Positions 1 through 9,743 of a stretch of DNA of 64,000 bases are shown here, piece by piece. Under the pieces are notes generated by a model. It had not been told where the DNA came from. It saw only the letters and a program-made list of their open reading frames with translations, and did no database searches. Position 1 is the stretch's first letter; each line of letters starts with the position of its first letter. This DNA comes from Pseudomonadota bacterium. GTDB taxonomy: Bacteria > Pseudomonadota > Gammaproteobacteria > Burkholderiales > JAKAFK01. The translations under genes were made by a program, and so were the position numbers. The stretch lies in contig JAKAFK010000010.1 of assembly GCA_021817985.1 (NCBI GenBank), positions 18,710 to 82,709 on the forward strand, read 5' to 3'.

Positions 1-492
1 CTCGAGACTGCGGCCGCTCGTCATGGCGAAGCGCAGGGTAGGGCCAAGATGTGACATGAACAGGAATTGATACATGAGGCTCAAGCGGTCCTGGGTGCCG
101 GCCGGCAGCCTCGTGCGCTCGGTTTTGCCGTCATGGCGCATCGTCAGCGTTTGGGTGGGCCAGTCGAAGGCGGCTGCGAGGGCCCGGCGGGGATCGGGCC
201 CGCGGTCCTCTTCGAAGCGCAGGGGCTTGAGGCCGAAGGCCGTGACCGTCCCCACGCTCGTGAGCTTGATGTTGCCCTTGTGGAACAGGGCCAGCAGGCC
301 CACGGCATGGCTGATGCTCTCGATCTGGTAGCGGTTGCCGCTGCGCGCGAAGGTTTCCTGGTCGATGCCGACGGGTTGTCCTGCGGCCGTGAGCGAGTAT
401 GTCGCATCGATGTGCCGAGGGGGGGCGGCAGCGGCCGGATAGTTGAGTCCGAGTAGGCCGAACAGACCGAGGAGCCAGAAGAAGGTTTTCAT
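1..492 (-). CDS. DUF3108-like exported protein; N-terminus complete, C-terminus runs off the window edge
   Basis: Manual translation of the minus strand from ATG (492..490) gives MKTFFWLLGLFGLLGLNYPAAAAPPRHIDATYSL..., a signal-peptide-like N-terminus. The frame stays open to position 1 (164 codons), so it is missing from the ORF track because there is no stop in the window. Family assignment is from memory of DUF3108 genes next to purN. Confidence 0.5.
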   Translation of the reverse strand, partial: MKTFFWLLGLFGLLGLNYPAAAAPPRHIDATYSLTAAGQPVGIDQETFARSGNRYQIESISHAVGLLALFHKGNIKLTSVGTVTAFGLKPLRFEEDRGPDPRRALAAAFDWPTQTLTMRHDGKTERTRLPAGTQDRLSLMYQFLFMSHLGPTLRFAMTSGRSLE

Positions 493-640
493 AGAGTCTC
501 GCGAGGACACGCCTGTCGCAGGCCGGGGGGGAATCGCGGGCTTGCGAAGCGAGCCATAGGAGCTGCAAAAATGCGGGTGTTCAAGTCGGCAGGCTTCCAT
601 GTCCGATAACGCCTTCGACCTCAGTCGGGGGTTGATGGGC

Positions 641-1282
641 TTATGGCGCGTCCACGGGCGAGAGCAACGCTTGTTCAGACCGTATTTGCGCGTCCGAGTT
701 TACGACCTTCTGGCCCTCCACCTTGAGCTTGCCTTGCGCGAACCAGCGAATGGCCGCGGGATAGGCCCGGTGCTCCGCCGCGAGCACCCGGGCGGCCAGC
801 GTCTGCTCGGTGTCCTCGGCGAACACCGGCACCGCGGCTTGGATGATGATCGGGCCATGATCGAGCTGGGGGGTGACGAAGTGGACGGTGCAGCCATGGA
901 TCTTGACCCCCTCCGCGAGTGCGCGCGCATGGGTGTCGAGGCCCGGGAACGCGGGCAGCAGCGACGGATGGATGTTGATGATGCGCCCGCTGTAGCGGGC
1001 AATGAAGGCATCGGTGAGGATCCGCATGAAGCCCGCCAGGACGATGAGGTCGGGCCGGCTGACATCGATGCGTTCGGCGAGGCGCTCTTCGAAGGCGGGG
1101 CGACTGGCGAACGCCCGGTGATCGACCACCTCGGTTGCCACGCCCCTTGCGCGCGCGAATTCGAGCCCGGCCGCGGCGGGGTTGTTGCTGATCACTGCGG
1201 CGACGTGCACGGGCAGGTCGGCGTCGAGAATCGCGCGCAGGTTGCTGCCGCGGCCGGAGATGAGGACGACGATGGAGATCAT
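641..1282 (-). CDS. purN: phosphoribosylglycinamide formyltransferase
   Basis: The internal Met of ORF 641..1423 gives [19 protein letters not shown]...[11 protein letters not shown]...HGCTVHFV, a typical PurN. Its ATG overlaps the purM stop (ATGA at 1279..1282). Confidence 0.9.
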   Translation of the reverse strand: MISIVVLISGRGSNLRAILDADLPVHVAAVISNNPAAAGLEFARARGVATEVVDHRAFASRPAFEERLAERIDVSRPDLIVLAGFMRILTDAFIARYSGRIINIHPSLLPAFPGLDTHARALAEGVKIHGCTVHFVTPQLDHGPIIIQAAVPVFAEDTEQTLAARVLAAEHRAYPAAIRWFAQGKLKVEGQKVVNSDAQIRSEQALLSPVDAP

Positions 1283-2334
1283 CGCACGAGGGTCTGGGCT
1301 TCGTCCGCTCCGCGTGCACGAATGTGCCCGACGATCCAGGGCTGCTCGCCGGATGCCGTGAGGCTGGCCAGTGCGGCGTCCTGATGCGCCGCGTCGACGA
1401 CCACCACCATGCCGATGCCGCAATTGAAGGTGCGCAGCATTTCCTCGGCGGCGACGTGACCGTTCTCCTGCAGCCAGCGGAACACCGGGGGCTTGGGCCA
1501 GGCCCCCTTGTGGAGGACGGCCGCGAGCGTGGGGGCGAGGATGCGCGGGATATTCTCGAGCAGGCCGCCTCCGGTGATATGGGCCAATCCCTTCACGGGA
1601 ACGGCGCGCATCAGATCGAGGACGGCCTTGACATAGATGCGGGTAGGGGCCAGCAGCACCTCCCCGAGGGGGCGTCCCTCGAAATCCTGGCTGAGATCCG
1701 CGCCTGTGCGCTCGATGACCTTGCGGATCAGGGAATAGCCGTTGGAGTGTGGCCCGCTGGAAGCCAGGCCGATGATGACGTCGCGTTCCTGGATCGTGGT
1801 GCCGTCGATGATCCGGTCCTTTTCCACCGCACCGACCGCGAAGCCCGCCAGATCATATTCCCCGGGCGGATACATGCCGGGCATTTCCGCCGTTTCGCCG
1901 CCGATCAGCGCACAGCCTGCCTGCTCGCACCCGGCCGCGATTCCCTGGATGACCTGGGTGGCCGTCGCCACGTCGAGCTGGCCGCAGGCAAAGTAGTCGA
2001 GAAAGAACAGCGGCTCGGCCCCCTGCACGAGGATGTCGTTGACGCTCATGGCGACAAGGTCGATACCCACGGTGTCGTGGCGATCGAGCAAGAAGGCGAG
2101 CTTGAGCTTGGTGCCGACGCCATCGGTGCCGGCGACCAGGACGGGATTGCGGAATTTCTTCGAGATCTCGAACAGGGCGCCGAAGCCGCCCAGCCCCGCC
2201 AGGACCTCGGGGCGCAACGTCCTTCGGGCGAACGGCTTGATGTTTTCCACCAGCCGGTCGCCAGCGTCGATGTCGACACCGGCGTCGCGATAGCTCAAGG
2301 CGTCGGGCGAAGATGCGGGGTCTGTCAAGTGCAT
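1279..2334 (-). CDS. purM: phosphoribosylformylglycinamidine cyclo-ligase (AIR synthetase)
   Basis: 351 aa: [21 protein letters not shown]...GGFGALFE...[13 protein letters not shown]. Full-length PurM-like and coupled to purN. Confidence 0.93.
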   Translation of the reverse strand: MHLTDPASSPDALSYRDAGVDIDAGDRLVENIKPFARRTLRPEVLAGLGGFGALFEISKKFRNPVLVAGTDGVGTKLKLAFLLDRHDTVGIDLVAMSVNDILVQGAEPLFFLDYFACGQLDVATATQVIQGIAAGCEQAGCALIGGETAEMPGMYPPGEYDLAGFAVGAVEKDRIIDGTTIQERDVIIGLASSGPHSNGYSLIRKVIERTGADLSQDFEGRPLGEVLLAPTRIYVKAVLDLMRAVPVKGLAHITGGGLLENIPRILAPTLAAVLHKGAWPKPPVFRWLQENGHVAAEEMLRTFNCGIGMVVVVDAAHQDAALASLTASGEQPWIVGHIRARGADEAQTLVR

Positions 2335-2456
2335 GTCCTCTTGCAGGGAATTTATTCCGGCGGCGCGCGTAGCGGACGCGGCCCCGGGGAAGCCTTTAGA
2401 ATGCGGTCGTTATTTTACCTGAAAAGACGGGTGCCCGTCCGCTTGGTCGCCGGCGG

Positions 2457-3524
2457 CTAATGGTTGCCATGGCCTGCGATCGCCACGTCCTGTCGTGCGG
2501 CGAAATCGAGCATGCGATCGATGGGGCGCTTCGCCCGGGCGCCGACAGCGGGGTCGACGACGATTTCGTTCTCCCCGGTTTCCAGCACGTGGGCGAGTTG
2601 CCGCAATCCGTTCATGGCCATCCACGGGCAGTGCGCGCAGCTCTTGCAGGTCGCGCCGATGCCCGCCGACGGCGCCTCGACGAAGGTCTTTCCCGGCGCC
2701 GCCTGCTTCATCTTGTGGAAGATGCCGTTGTCGGTGGCGACGATGAGCGTGCGTGCCGGCAGCTCCTTGGCGGCTTCGATGAGCCGCGTGGTCGAGCCTA
2801 CCACATCGGCCAGGGCGATGACCGAGCGCGGGGACTCGGGATGGACCAGCACGGCCGCATCCGGATGGCGTTCCTTGAGCACCGCGACGCCCTGCGCCTT
2901 GAAGGCCTCATGGACCACGCAGGCGCCCTGCCAGAGCAGCATGTCGGCGCCGCTCATCTGCTGCACATAGTGGCCGAGGTGGCGGTCGGGGGCCCAGATG
3001 AGTTTCTCGCCTTGGGCATGGAGATGGCGAGCGACCTTGACGGCAATGCCGGAGGTGACCATCCAGTCGGCGCGCGCCTTGACCTTGGCGCTGGTGTTGG
3101 CGTAAACGACCACGGTGCGGTCGGGGTGGGCATCGCAGAACCGGCTGAAGTCGTCCTCCGGACAGCTCAAGTCGAGGGAGCATTGCGCATCGAGATCCGG
3201 CATCAGCACCCGCTTTTCGGGGTTGAGGATCTTCGCCGTCTCGCCCATGAAGCGAACGCCCGCCACGAGCAGGGTGCGCCCGGGATGCCGATGGCCAAAG
3301 CGGGCCATCTCCAGGGAATCGGAGACAATGCCGCCGGTTTCTTCGGCGAGATCCTGCAAATCGCCGGACACGTAATAATGGGCGACCAGCACGGCATCTT
3401 GTTCTGCCATCAGCCGTTTGATGCGCTCGATGAGACGCGCGCGCTCCTCTTGCGCGAGCGGCGCCTCGGCGGGGCGCGCGGGCAGCGGCGGGGGTTGTGG
3501 GATCAGTCGAGCGGCGCGGTCCAT
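2457..3524 (-). CDS. nadA: quinolinate synthase A
   Basis: 355 aa: [20 protein letters not shown]...[13 protein letters not shown]...[13 protein letters not shown]. NadA-like over the full length. Confidence 0.92.
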   Translation of the reverse strand: MDRAARLIPQPPPLPARPAEAPLAQEERARLIERIKRLMAEQDAVLVAHYYVSGDLQDLAEETGGIVSDSLEMARFGHRHPGRTLLVAGVRFMGETAKILNPEKRVLMPDLDAQCSLDLSCPEDDFSRFCDAHPDRTVVVYANTSAKVKARADWMVTSGIAVKVARHLHAQGEKLIWAPDRHLGHYVQQMSGADMLLWQGACVVHEAFKAQGVAVLKERHPDAAVLVHPESPRSVIALADVVGSTTRLIEAAKELPARTLIVATDNGIFHKMKQAAPGKTFVEAPSAGIGATCKSCAHCPWMAMNGLRQLAHVLETGENEIVVDPAVGARAKRPIDRMLDFAARQDVAIAGHGNH

Positions 3525-3612
3525 CGTTCTCGTCCTTCCGGTAGCAGGCGACCCGGATGGCGGCTCGAGAGCCGATCCTCCAGGCGGTTGGGCAATGCAT
3601 GTTTATGGCGGC

Positions 3613-4281
3613 TCATCGGATGATTTCAACCCTTCCGGGGAACTTCAGGCGGTAGAGCTGGGCGGGGCGGTGCTTTCCGTCTCTGCGCTCCTCTCCCGTC
3701 GGTTCGATTTGCTCCAGCGCGAGCGCCCATTTGCGGAAGTTGCGCTTGTCGACCCGTTGCGCCAGGATGATTTCATGGACCGCCTGGAGTTCGCTCAAGG
3801 TGAATTTCTCGCCCATGAACTGGAACGCGATGGTTGAATAGGTGAGCTTAGAGACCAGCCGATGGTGCGCCAGCGCGACGATCTCGCAATGGTCGAAGGC
3901 GAGAGGCGGCAACTGTTCGAGCGCAAACCAGCCCACGGCCTGCGGCTCGGCGGGTGCGCGCAGTGCCAGTCGGTCGGACGGCACGAGCGCGTAATAGGCG
4001 ATGCTGATGACCCGTTGGAGCGGATCGCGTCCAGGGTCGCCGAAGGTATAAAGCTGCTCGAGATAGACGCCCGACATTCCCGTCTGCTCGTCCAGCGCCC
4101 GGGTGGCGCAGGCCTTGAGGCCCTCGTCCGGCCCCACGAAACCGCCGGGCAGCGCCCATTCGCCCTGAAAGGGAGCCTCCGTGCGCTTCACCAGCAGCAG
4201 CGCCAGCCTCCGGTCGCGGATGGTGAAGATGACGATGTCGGTCGTGACCGCCAAGCTGCGGTCCCATGAGCAAGATGGCAT
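3613..4281 (-). CDS. nrtR: Nudix-related transcriptional regulator of NAD metabolism (NrtR family)
   Basis: N-terminal Nudix fold (GEWALPGGFVGPDEGLKACATRALDEQTG) plus a C-terminal winged-helix-like region (EKFTLSELQAVHEIILAQRVDKRNFRKW). It lies directly upstream of nadA, with GT-N7-AC palindromes upstream. The start is uncertain: ATG 4281 has no SD, and TTG at 4254 is an alternative. Confidence 0.75.
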   Translation of the reverse strand: MPSCSWDRSLAVTTDIVIFTIRDRRLALLLVKRTEAPFQGEWALPGGFVGPDEGLKACATRALDEQTGMSGVYLEQLYTFGDPGRDPLQRVISIAYYALVPSDRLALRAPAEPQAVGWFALEQLPPLAFDHCEIVALAHHRLVSKLTYSTIAFQFMGEKFTLSELQAVHEIILAQRVDKRNFRKWALALEQIEPTGEERRDGKHRPAQLYRLKFPGRVEIIR

Positions 4282-4287
4282 GGGGCG

Positions 4288-4310
4288 ATTAGTGTATAAA
4301 ATACACTAAT
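4288..4310. promoter_or_regulatory. Candidate NrtR operator 1: perfect 23-bp palindrome ATTAGTGTATAAAATACACTAAT
   Basis: Read directly. ATTAGTGTAT / ATACACTAAT are exact reverse complements around AAA. It contains the GT-N7-AC core described for NrtR sites. It sits 7 nt from the annotated nrtR ATG, in the nrtR/hda divergent spacer. Confidence 0.6.
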
Positions 4311-4312
4311 TT

Positions 4313-4331
4313 TAGTGTGCAACATACACTA
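4313..4331. promoter_or_regulatory. Candidate NrtR operator 2: imperfect palindrome TAGTGTGCAACATACACTA
   Basis: Read directly. It shares TAGTGT...ACACTA arms and the GT-N7-AC core with operator 1, starting 3 nt after it. Confidence 0.5.
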
Positions 4332-4454
4332 TGTCAAGAAGGCCTGACACATGAATGTAACAAGGATGAAGGGCCCGTGGCATCTGCTAAACTTTGCAGC
4401 AGTTGTCGATTTTTCCAGGACGCGGCGCGCACGGTGCCTACCGGCGGATTCTTG

Positions 4455-5138
4455 ATGAAGCAGTTACTGTTAGAGCTTATTCCTCCCGTTCCGAGCACCT
4501 TTGAAAACTTCGTGGTCGGGCGCAACCGCGAGCTGGTTCATCAGTTGCGCGCCGCGCTGGAGCCCTCGGCTGCCGAACGCTTTATTTATGTTTGGGGTGC
4601 GCCCGGCAGCGGCAAATCGCATCTTCTGGAGGCTTTCGCGGCACGCGCTCGGACGCTCGGGCAGGCGGCGGTCAGGCTGGGGGCAGTCGGGTTCGATGAG
4701 GCTCAAGTGCCCGACGATTGCCTCCTGGTGGCCCTCGACGATGTGGAGTCATTGGCCGGTGATGCGGCGCAGACCGCCCTGTTCAACGTGTACAACGACT
4801 TGCGTGAGCGCGGGGGTGCGCTCGTGGCGAGCGGCGCCGCCGCGCCGGGGCAGCTGGGGCTGCGCCCGGAGCTCGCAACGAGGCTCGGATGGGGTTTGGT
4901 CTATCAGGTTCACGGCTTGACCGACGAGGAGAAAATGGAGGCGCTGGCAGGGCGTGCACGCGAACATGGCTGGCCGCTGCCGAATGAGGTGGCGGCCTAC
5001 CTGATGCGCCATGCTGCACGCGATCTTTCCTTTCTGCTCGGCACCGTCGAGGCGCTCGACCGCTATTCGCGGGAGACGAAGCGTCCCATCACGGTGCCTC
5101 TGCTGCGGGAGATCCTGCCCTCCGCGGCCGAGGATTAG
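4455..5138 (+). CDS. hda: DnaA regulatory inactivator Hda
   Basis: The internal ATG 4455 gives MKQLLLELIPPVPSTFENFVVGRNRELV...IYVWGAPGSGKSHLLEA (Walker A)...LGWGLVYQVHGLTDEEK. Colinear with E. coli Hda. Confidence 0.88.
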   Translation: MKQLLLELIPPVPSTFENFVVGRNRELVHQLRAALEPSAAERFIYVWGAPGSGKSHLLEAFAARARTLGQAAVRLGAVGFDEAQVPDDCLLVALDDVESLAGDAAQTALFNVYNDLRERGGALVASGAAAPGQLGLRPELATRLGWGLVYQVHGLTDEEKMEALAGRAREHGWPLPNEVAAYLMRHAARDLSFLLGTVEALDRYSRETKRPITVPLLREILPSAAED

Positions 5139-5141
5139 GCC

Positions 5142-6257
5142 ATGGCGCATCTGGTCGCAGACATCTCCTCCCATGGGTTCGGCCATCTGGCGCAAGTCGC
5201 GCCGGTGCTGAACGAATTGGCCGCGCGCCTGCCGGATCTTCGCCTGACCCTGTGCACGGCCCTCCCGGAAGAGGTCCTCCGGGAACGCGTCGAAGGGCCT
5301 TTCGTGCATGTCAAATCCGCCACGGATTTCGGCATGTGCATGGCCGATGCCCTGGAGGTTCGGGTCGACGACAGTGCGGCCGCCTATGCGGTTTTGCATG
5401 CCGATTGGGACGCCCGGGTGGAAGGCGTGGCGCGCCGCCTCGAGCAGCACGCGCCGGATCTGGTACTGGCGGACGTTTCCTACCTGTGCCTTGCGGGCGC
5501 GCGTCGGGCCGGCATCCCGGCGGTGGCCATGTGCTCCCTTAATTGGGCGGAGATCTACCGGCACTACTGCGGGGAACGGCCGGAAGCACCGCGCATTTTG
5601 CAGCAGATGGCGCACGCCTATGGGGGCGCGGAACGCTTCCTGCGGCTTCAGCCGGGCATGCCGATGGAGCGCCTCCCTGGCGGCGTCGATGTCGGCCCCA
5701 TTGCGCAAGTCGGGCGAAATCGCCGGGCGGAAATCAACGCCCGCCTGCACTTGGACGGTGACCTTCGCCTGGTGCTGGTGAGCTTGGGCGGCATTGGCAT
5801 GCGCCTGCCTTGGGCCGATTGGCCAGCGGCCGCGCGCACGCGCTACCTGGTCGATGCACCGGCGGACTCGGCGGTTGGACCGACGTCCTCGTTCCGGGAC
5901 CTGGGCATGCCCTTCGTCGACGTCCTGGCTTCTTGCGACGCCCTGGTGACCAAGCCGGGCTATGGCAGCTTCGTCGAGGCCGCCGTCAACCGCGTCCCGG
6001 TGCTTTATCTGCCGCGCAAGGACTGGCCGGAGGAGCCCTACCTGGTCGAATGGCTGGCCACCCACGGCCGTTGCGCGCCGGTGAGCCGCACCGATCTGGA
6101 AGCGGGTTGCCTGGAGCACGCCTTGGTCGGGCTCGATGCGCTCGCGCGAAGGGAGGTGGTTCAGCCCAGCGGCATCGCCAGGGCCGCCGATCTGATCGAG
6201 GCCTATCTCGAAAGTCCGCCCGCGGTCCGTGCGTGTTCACGCGCCGCCATTGATTGA
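5142..6257 (+). CDS. GT-B-fold glycosyltransferase-like protein (MurG/UGT-like), substrate unknown
   Basis: 371 aa with N-terminal MAHLVADISSHGFGHLAQVAPV (the G-x-G-H motif typical of MurG/UGT-like N-domains) and C-terminal ...DALVTKPGYGSFVEA. It starts 3 nt after the hda stop. Confidence 0.6.
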   Translation: MAHLVADISSHGFGHLAQVAPVLNELAARLPDLRLTLCTALPEEVLRERVEGPFVHVKSATDFGMCMADALEVRVDDSAAAYAVLHADWDARVEGVARRLEQHAPDLVLADVSYLCLAGARRAGIPAVAMCSLNWAEIYRHYCGERPEAPRILQQMAHAYGGAERFLRLQPGMPMERLPGGVDVGPIAQVGRNRRAEINARLHLDGDLRLVLVSLGGIGMRLPWADWPAAARTRYLVDAPADSAVGPTSSFRDLGMPFVDVLASCDALVTKPGYGSFVEAAVNRVPVLYLPRKDWPEEPYLVEWLATHGRCAPVSRTDLEAGCLEHALVGLDALARREVVQPSGIARAADLIEAYLESPPAVRACSRAAID

Positions 6258-6446
6258 GGCGGCACCCGCCAAGGAACGCGCCCGCCAGCCGGGTGTCGTA
6301 TTGTGAAAGGTGGAACCGCGAGCGCCTGCCCGCGGCCGAACGGATGCGCCCCTGCCTTGCCATGGCGGGTGTTCCGAAGTGTCGGGCGCTCGAATTGCCA
6401 CTCGGTCTTCCTGCTCTTGGGGCACCGAGGGACGTACGGAGGTTGC

Positions 6447-7292
6447 ATGGGATTGGTCGAAGATTTTGAGCATGTGTCTGCCGGTGGGCTCCACTGGAAG
6501 CTGGAGGAGATCCCCTTCGCCAGAATCGATCTTGGCCGCGTCAAGGACGACGCGCAGCTGTTCGCCATGCTGACCTGCGCCTCCTTCGTCGAGATTGCCT
6601 CCGACCTGTATGGGCGCAATCTCGTCACCCACTTCGCGGACAATGCCGACGTGGTGGCCTGGATTTCAGGCCACTGGCAGCCTGAGGAGGTGCAGCATGG
6701 GCGCGCCTTGAAAGCTTACGTCAAGGCCGTTTGGCCTGATTTTCCCTGGGCCGAAGCGTTCGATGCCTTCATCCAGGACTACGCCCCCACCGCCACGCAG
6801 GCGCACCTGGAGCCTCGGCGCGCCCTGGAGATGGCGGCGCGCTGCATGGTGGAGACGGGGACGGCCACTTTCTATACGGCGCTCGGCGCCCATTGCGAAG
6901 AGCCGGTCCTCAGGCAGATCGTGCTCAATATCCGCAACGACGAGATCCGTCATTACAAGCATTTTTACCGGTTCTTCAAGGACTACAATGCCCTTGAGCG
7001 GCAGGGCAACGCGGCGATTGCGCGGACGCTGGTCAAGCGGATGGCGATCACCCGGAACGAAGACGCCTACCTCGCCTACAAGCACTTCCACGCCGTGCGC
7101 TATCCGCGCGAGGCCTTCACGGATGCCCACTTCCAGCAGTACCTCGAACGCGGACGGCGGTTGGCGCGGCGCACCTATCCGTTCCCCATGGCCGCCAAGA
7201 TGACCCTGCGTCTGTTGAATCTGAATACCCGCGTCAGGACGGCATTGACGCCCGCGGTGGCCTTCCTCGCGCGGGGCATCCTCATGCGTTGA
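6447..7292 (+). CDS. acyl-ACP-desaturase-like diiron (ferritin-like) protein
   Basis: ATG 6447 is preceded by GGAGG. Two E...ExxH motifs are present (WQPEEVQHGRAL and IRNDEIRHYKHF), resembling the soluble desaturase diiron signature. Function unknown. Confidence 0.6.
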   Translation: MGLVEDFEHVSAGGLHWKLEEIPFARIDLGRVKDDAQLFAMLTCASFVEIASDLYGRNLVTHFADNADVVAWISGHWQPEEVQHGRALKAYVKAVWPDFPWAEAFDAFIQDYAPTATQAHLEPRRALEMAARCMVETGTATFYTALGAHCEEPVLRQIVLNIRNDEIRHYKHFYRFFKDYNALERQGNAAIARTLVKRMAITRNEDAYLAYKHFHAVRYPREAFTDAHFQQYLERGRRLARRTYPFPMAAKMTLRLLNLNTRVRTALTPAVAFLARGILMR

Positions 7293-7321
7293 GGGCGGCT
7301 TTGCCGGCTCGGACCTCGAGG

Positions 7322-7696
7322 TCAGTCCGGCGCCTTTTCCTCCTCTTCGGCGATTTCCTTATGGACCGCGGCCATATCGATCGCCTTCACTTCCTCGATG
7401 AGCTTCTCCAGGCTGGAACCGGGCAGCGAGCCGGCTTGCGAGAACAGGATCACCTTTTCCCGGAACACCATCAGCGTCGGGATCGAGCGGATTTGGAAAT
7501 AACCGGCCAGTTCCTGCTCCGCTTCCGTGTTCACCTTGGCGAACACGATGTCCGGGTGGCTCTCGGACACCTGCTCGTAGACCGGCGCGAACGCGCGGCA
7601 GGGCCCGCACCAGGGCGCCCAGAAGTCGACGATCACGATGTCGTTGTTGACGATGGTGTCCTCGAAGGTGTGTTGGGTCAGTTCAACCGTGGCCAT
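7322..7696 (-). CDS. thioredoxin
   Basis: MATVELTQHTFEDTIVNNDIVIVDFWAPWCGPCRAFAP contains the WCGPC active site. ATG 7696 is preceded by GGAGA. There is an acidic C-terminal tail. Confidence 0.9.
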   Translation of the reverse strand: MATVELTQHTFEDTIVNNDIVIVDFWAPWCGPCRAFAPVYEQVSESHPDIVFAKVNTEAEQELAGYFQIRSIPTLMVFREKVILFSQAGSLPGSSLEKLIEEVKAIDMAAVHKEIAEEEEKAPD

Positions 7697-7990
7697 AGGG
7701 TCTCCGTTCAAAAGATGGAAGGGGAAGCGTCATGAGGATGGCAAGTCCAGTCCTGGCAGCGATCAGGAGGCCAAAGCCGTGATCGGGCACCGTTCGTCGG
7801 GATGGACGCCGCGCGAGGCGGGAGCGGCAAGCTGCGCGATGGCCCATCCTCCCATCGATACCATAACCTTTTTGCGCGCGAGAATCTACCTTTGATCTGC
7901 GTTTTCCGGGGCCGGGGGCAAGGGACTCGCCACCGACCGCGCAAACCGTGTATCCTGCCGGTCAGATGACGCGTGAAGGTGGAGATGCTC

Positions 7991-9148
7991 ATGGACTTGA
8001 AGCCCCTTTTCAGGGTGATGGCGGAAAAACAGGCGTCCGACCTTTTCTTTTCCGCCGGCGCGCCGGTCTTCATCAAGATGGAGGGCAGGCTGCGGCGGGT
8101 GAACAAGCAGGTCCTGGATGCCCCCTTGCTCAAGCAGATCGCCTATTCCCTGATGTCGCCCGAGCAGATCCGGGAGTTCGAGACGAATCGCGAGATGAAC
8201 TTCGCCTATGGCGTGCCCGAGGTCGGCCGCTTCCGCGTGAACGTCTTCTGGCAGCGCTCCAGCGTGGCGATGGTTATTCGCTATATCAGCGGCTTGGTGC
8301 CGGATCCGGACACCCTGGGGCTGCCCGGCGCCCTGAAGGATTTCGTGATGGAAAAGCGGGGGCTCGTCCTCGTCGTGGGCGCGACCGGGTCCGGCAAGTC
8401 CACCACGCTCGCCTCGATGATCGACTACCGCAACACGAACCAGCCGGGGCATATCCTCGCGGTGGAGGATCCGATCGAGTTCGTGCACCGGCACAAGAAG
8501 TCGATCGTGAATCAGCGCGAGGTCGGGATGGACACCCTGTCCTACGGCAATGCCTTGGTCAATGCGATGCGCGAGGCGCCGGATGTACTCGTCATCGGCG
8601 AGATCCGCGATGCCGAAGTGATGCGGCAGGCCATCCTCTACACGCAAAGCGGCCATCTGTGCCTGGCGACCTTGCACGCGAACAACGCCTACCATGCGCT
8701 GACGCGCATCATCAGCTTCTTCCCGCTGGAAGCGCGGGAACACCTGTTGGCCGATCTGGCGGCGAGCCTCAGAGCGGTCGTGTCCCAGCGTCTGGTGCCC
8801 GGCGTGGACGGCAGGCGGGTGGCCGCGGTCGAAGTCATGCTCAATTCCCTTTACGTGGCCGATCTCATCCGCAGGCAGGACATCGGCGGCATCAAGGACG
8901 CCATGGAGCAGTCGATCAACGACGCCTCGCAGACGTTCGAGCGGGCCTTGTTCGACCTCTACCAGGCGGGCCGGATCAGCCTGGACGAGGCGTTGGCCAA
9001 TGCCGACTCCCGCAACAATCTCGAATGGCTCATCAAGAATTACGCGGCGGACAAGCCCCCGGAAGCGGCTCTGGCGCGGCCTAACGGGACCAAGCCGGCG
9101 GAGGGCGATTTCTCCGACATCACGATCATGCCGGAGCTGCTGGGCTAG
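7991..9148 (+). CDS. pilU: PilT/PilU-family type IV pilus retraction ATPase (PilU-like)
   Basis: MDLKPLFRVMAEKQASDLFFSAGAP...VVGATGSGKSTTLASMI (Walker A)...VLVIGEIRD...ATLHANNA. The N-terminus aligns with PilU when started at ATG 7991. Confidence 0.8.
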   Translation: MDLKPLFRVMAEKQASDLFFSAGAPVFIKMEGRLRRVNKQVLDAPLLKQIAYSLMSPEQIREFETNREMNFAYGVPEVGRFRVNVFWQRSSVAMVIRYISGLVPDPDTLGLPGALKDFVMEKRGLVLVVGATGSGKSTTLASMIDYRNTNQPGHILAVEDPIEFVHRHKKSIVNQREVGMDTLSYGNALVNAMREAPDVLVIGEIRDAEVMRQAILYTQSGHLCLATLHANNAYHALTRIISFFPLEAREHLLADLAASLRAVVSQRLVPGVDGRRVAAVEVMLNSLYVADLIRRQDIGGIKDAMEQSINDASQTFERALFDLYQAGRISLDEALANADSRNNLEWLIKNYAADKPPEAALARPNGTKPAEGDFSDITIMPELLG

Positions 9149-9388
9149 CGACCGCGCCCTATGGGCCGGGGGCGCGACGGGCACGGGCTGCGTGATCCGA
9201 ATGCCTTGGGGCGTGACTGCGGCGCGGTAGGTGATCGCCTCGACGCCTTCCTCGATGGCTTCCCGAAGCGGGCGCCCCTGGCCGTGACCGCGTCGGGGAA
9301 AAGAGCCGTCGCCCCCTGCGGTGGCGGTCACGCTCTCGACCTCGAGATGGCAGGCGAGAGGACGCCGGCGCGGCTGCCTTCACGCCCC

Positions 9389-9619
9389 TTATGGGCCGTC
9401 GGCGTCCGCTTCGGGCGCCTCGTCCAGCGCCCGGATCTCTTCGTTCAAATCGGCGATCTCGCGCTCGACGCCCCGCAACTCCGCTTCAAGGGTCTCGAGC
9501 GGGGCCGCCGAGAGCGCATCGGTCTGGCGGGCGATCGCCGCCACCAGCTGGGCGCGGATCCGATTCAGCTCGGTCATGCGCTTGCGGGCCTTGGTCAAGG
9601 TTTCGCTGCGTGTTGTCAT
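9389..9619 (-). CDS. small coiled-coil hypothetical protein (76 aa)
   Basis: Heptad-like MTTRSETLTKARKRMTELNRIRAQLVAAIARQ...LEAELRGVEREIADLNEEIRALDE. GC is high at third codon positions, consistent with host coding. No clear SD. Confidence 0.4.
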   Translation of the reverse strand: MTTRSETLTKARKRMTELNRIRAQLVAAIARQTDALSAAPLETLEAELRGVEREIADLNEEIRALDEAPEADADGP

Positions 9620-9743
9620 GGAAGCTTCGCGGGCATGTCCGGCATCTGCACCGGCAAGGCTGAGGGCGCACTGCGCCCCGTGCCCGGCGCCTCGTCCGCA
9701 ATCCTCGGTGAATGGGCACGTTGCGTTCGGAATCGGCAGGCGC

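Noticed and set aside
131-568. 145-aa (-) ORF and overlapping (+) ORFs at 67..456 at the window start.
   Set aside because: They overlap a better-supported minus-strand frame (a DUF3108-like protein with a signal peptide, 492..1), and their own translations are low-complexity.
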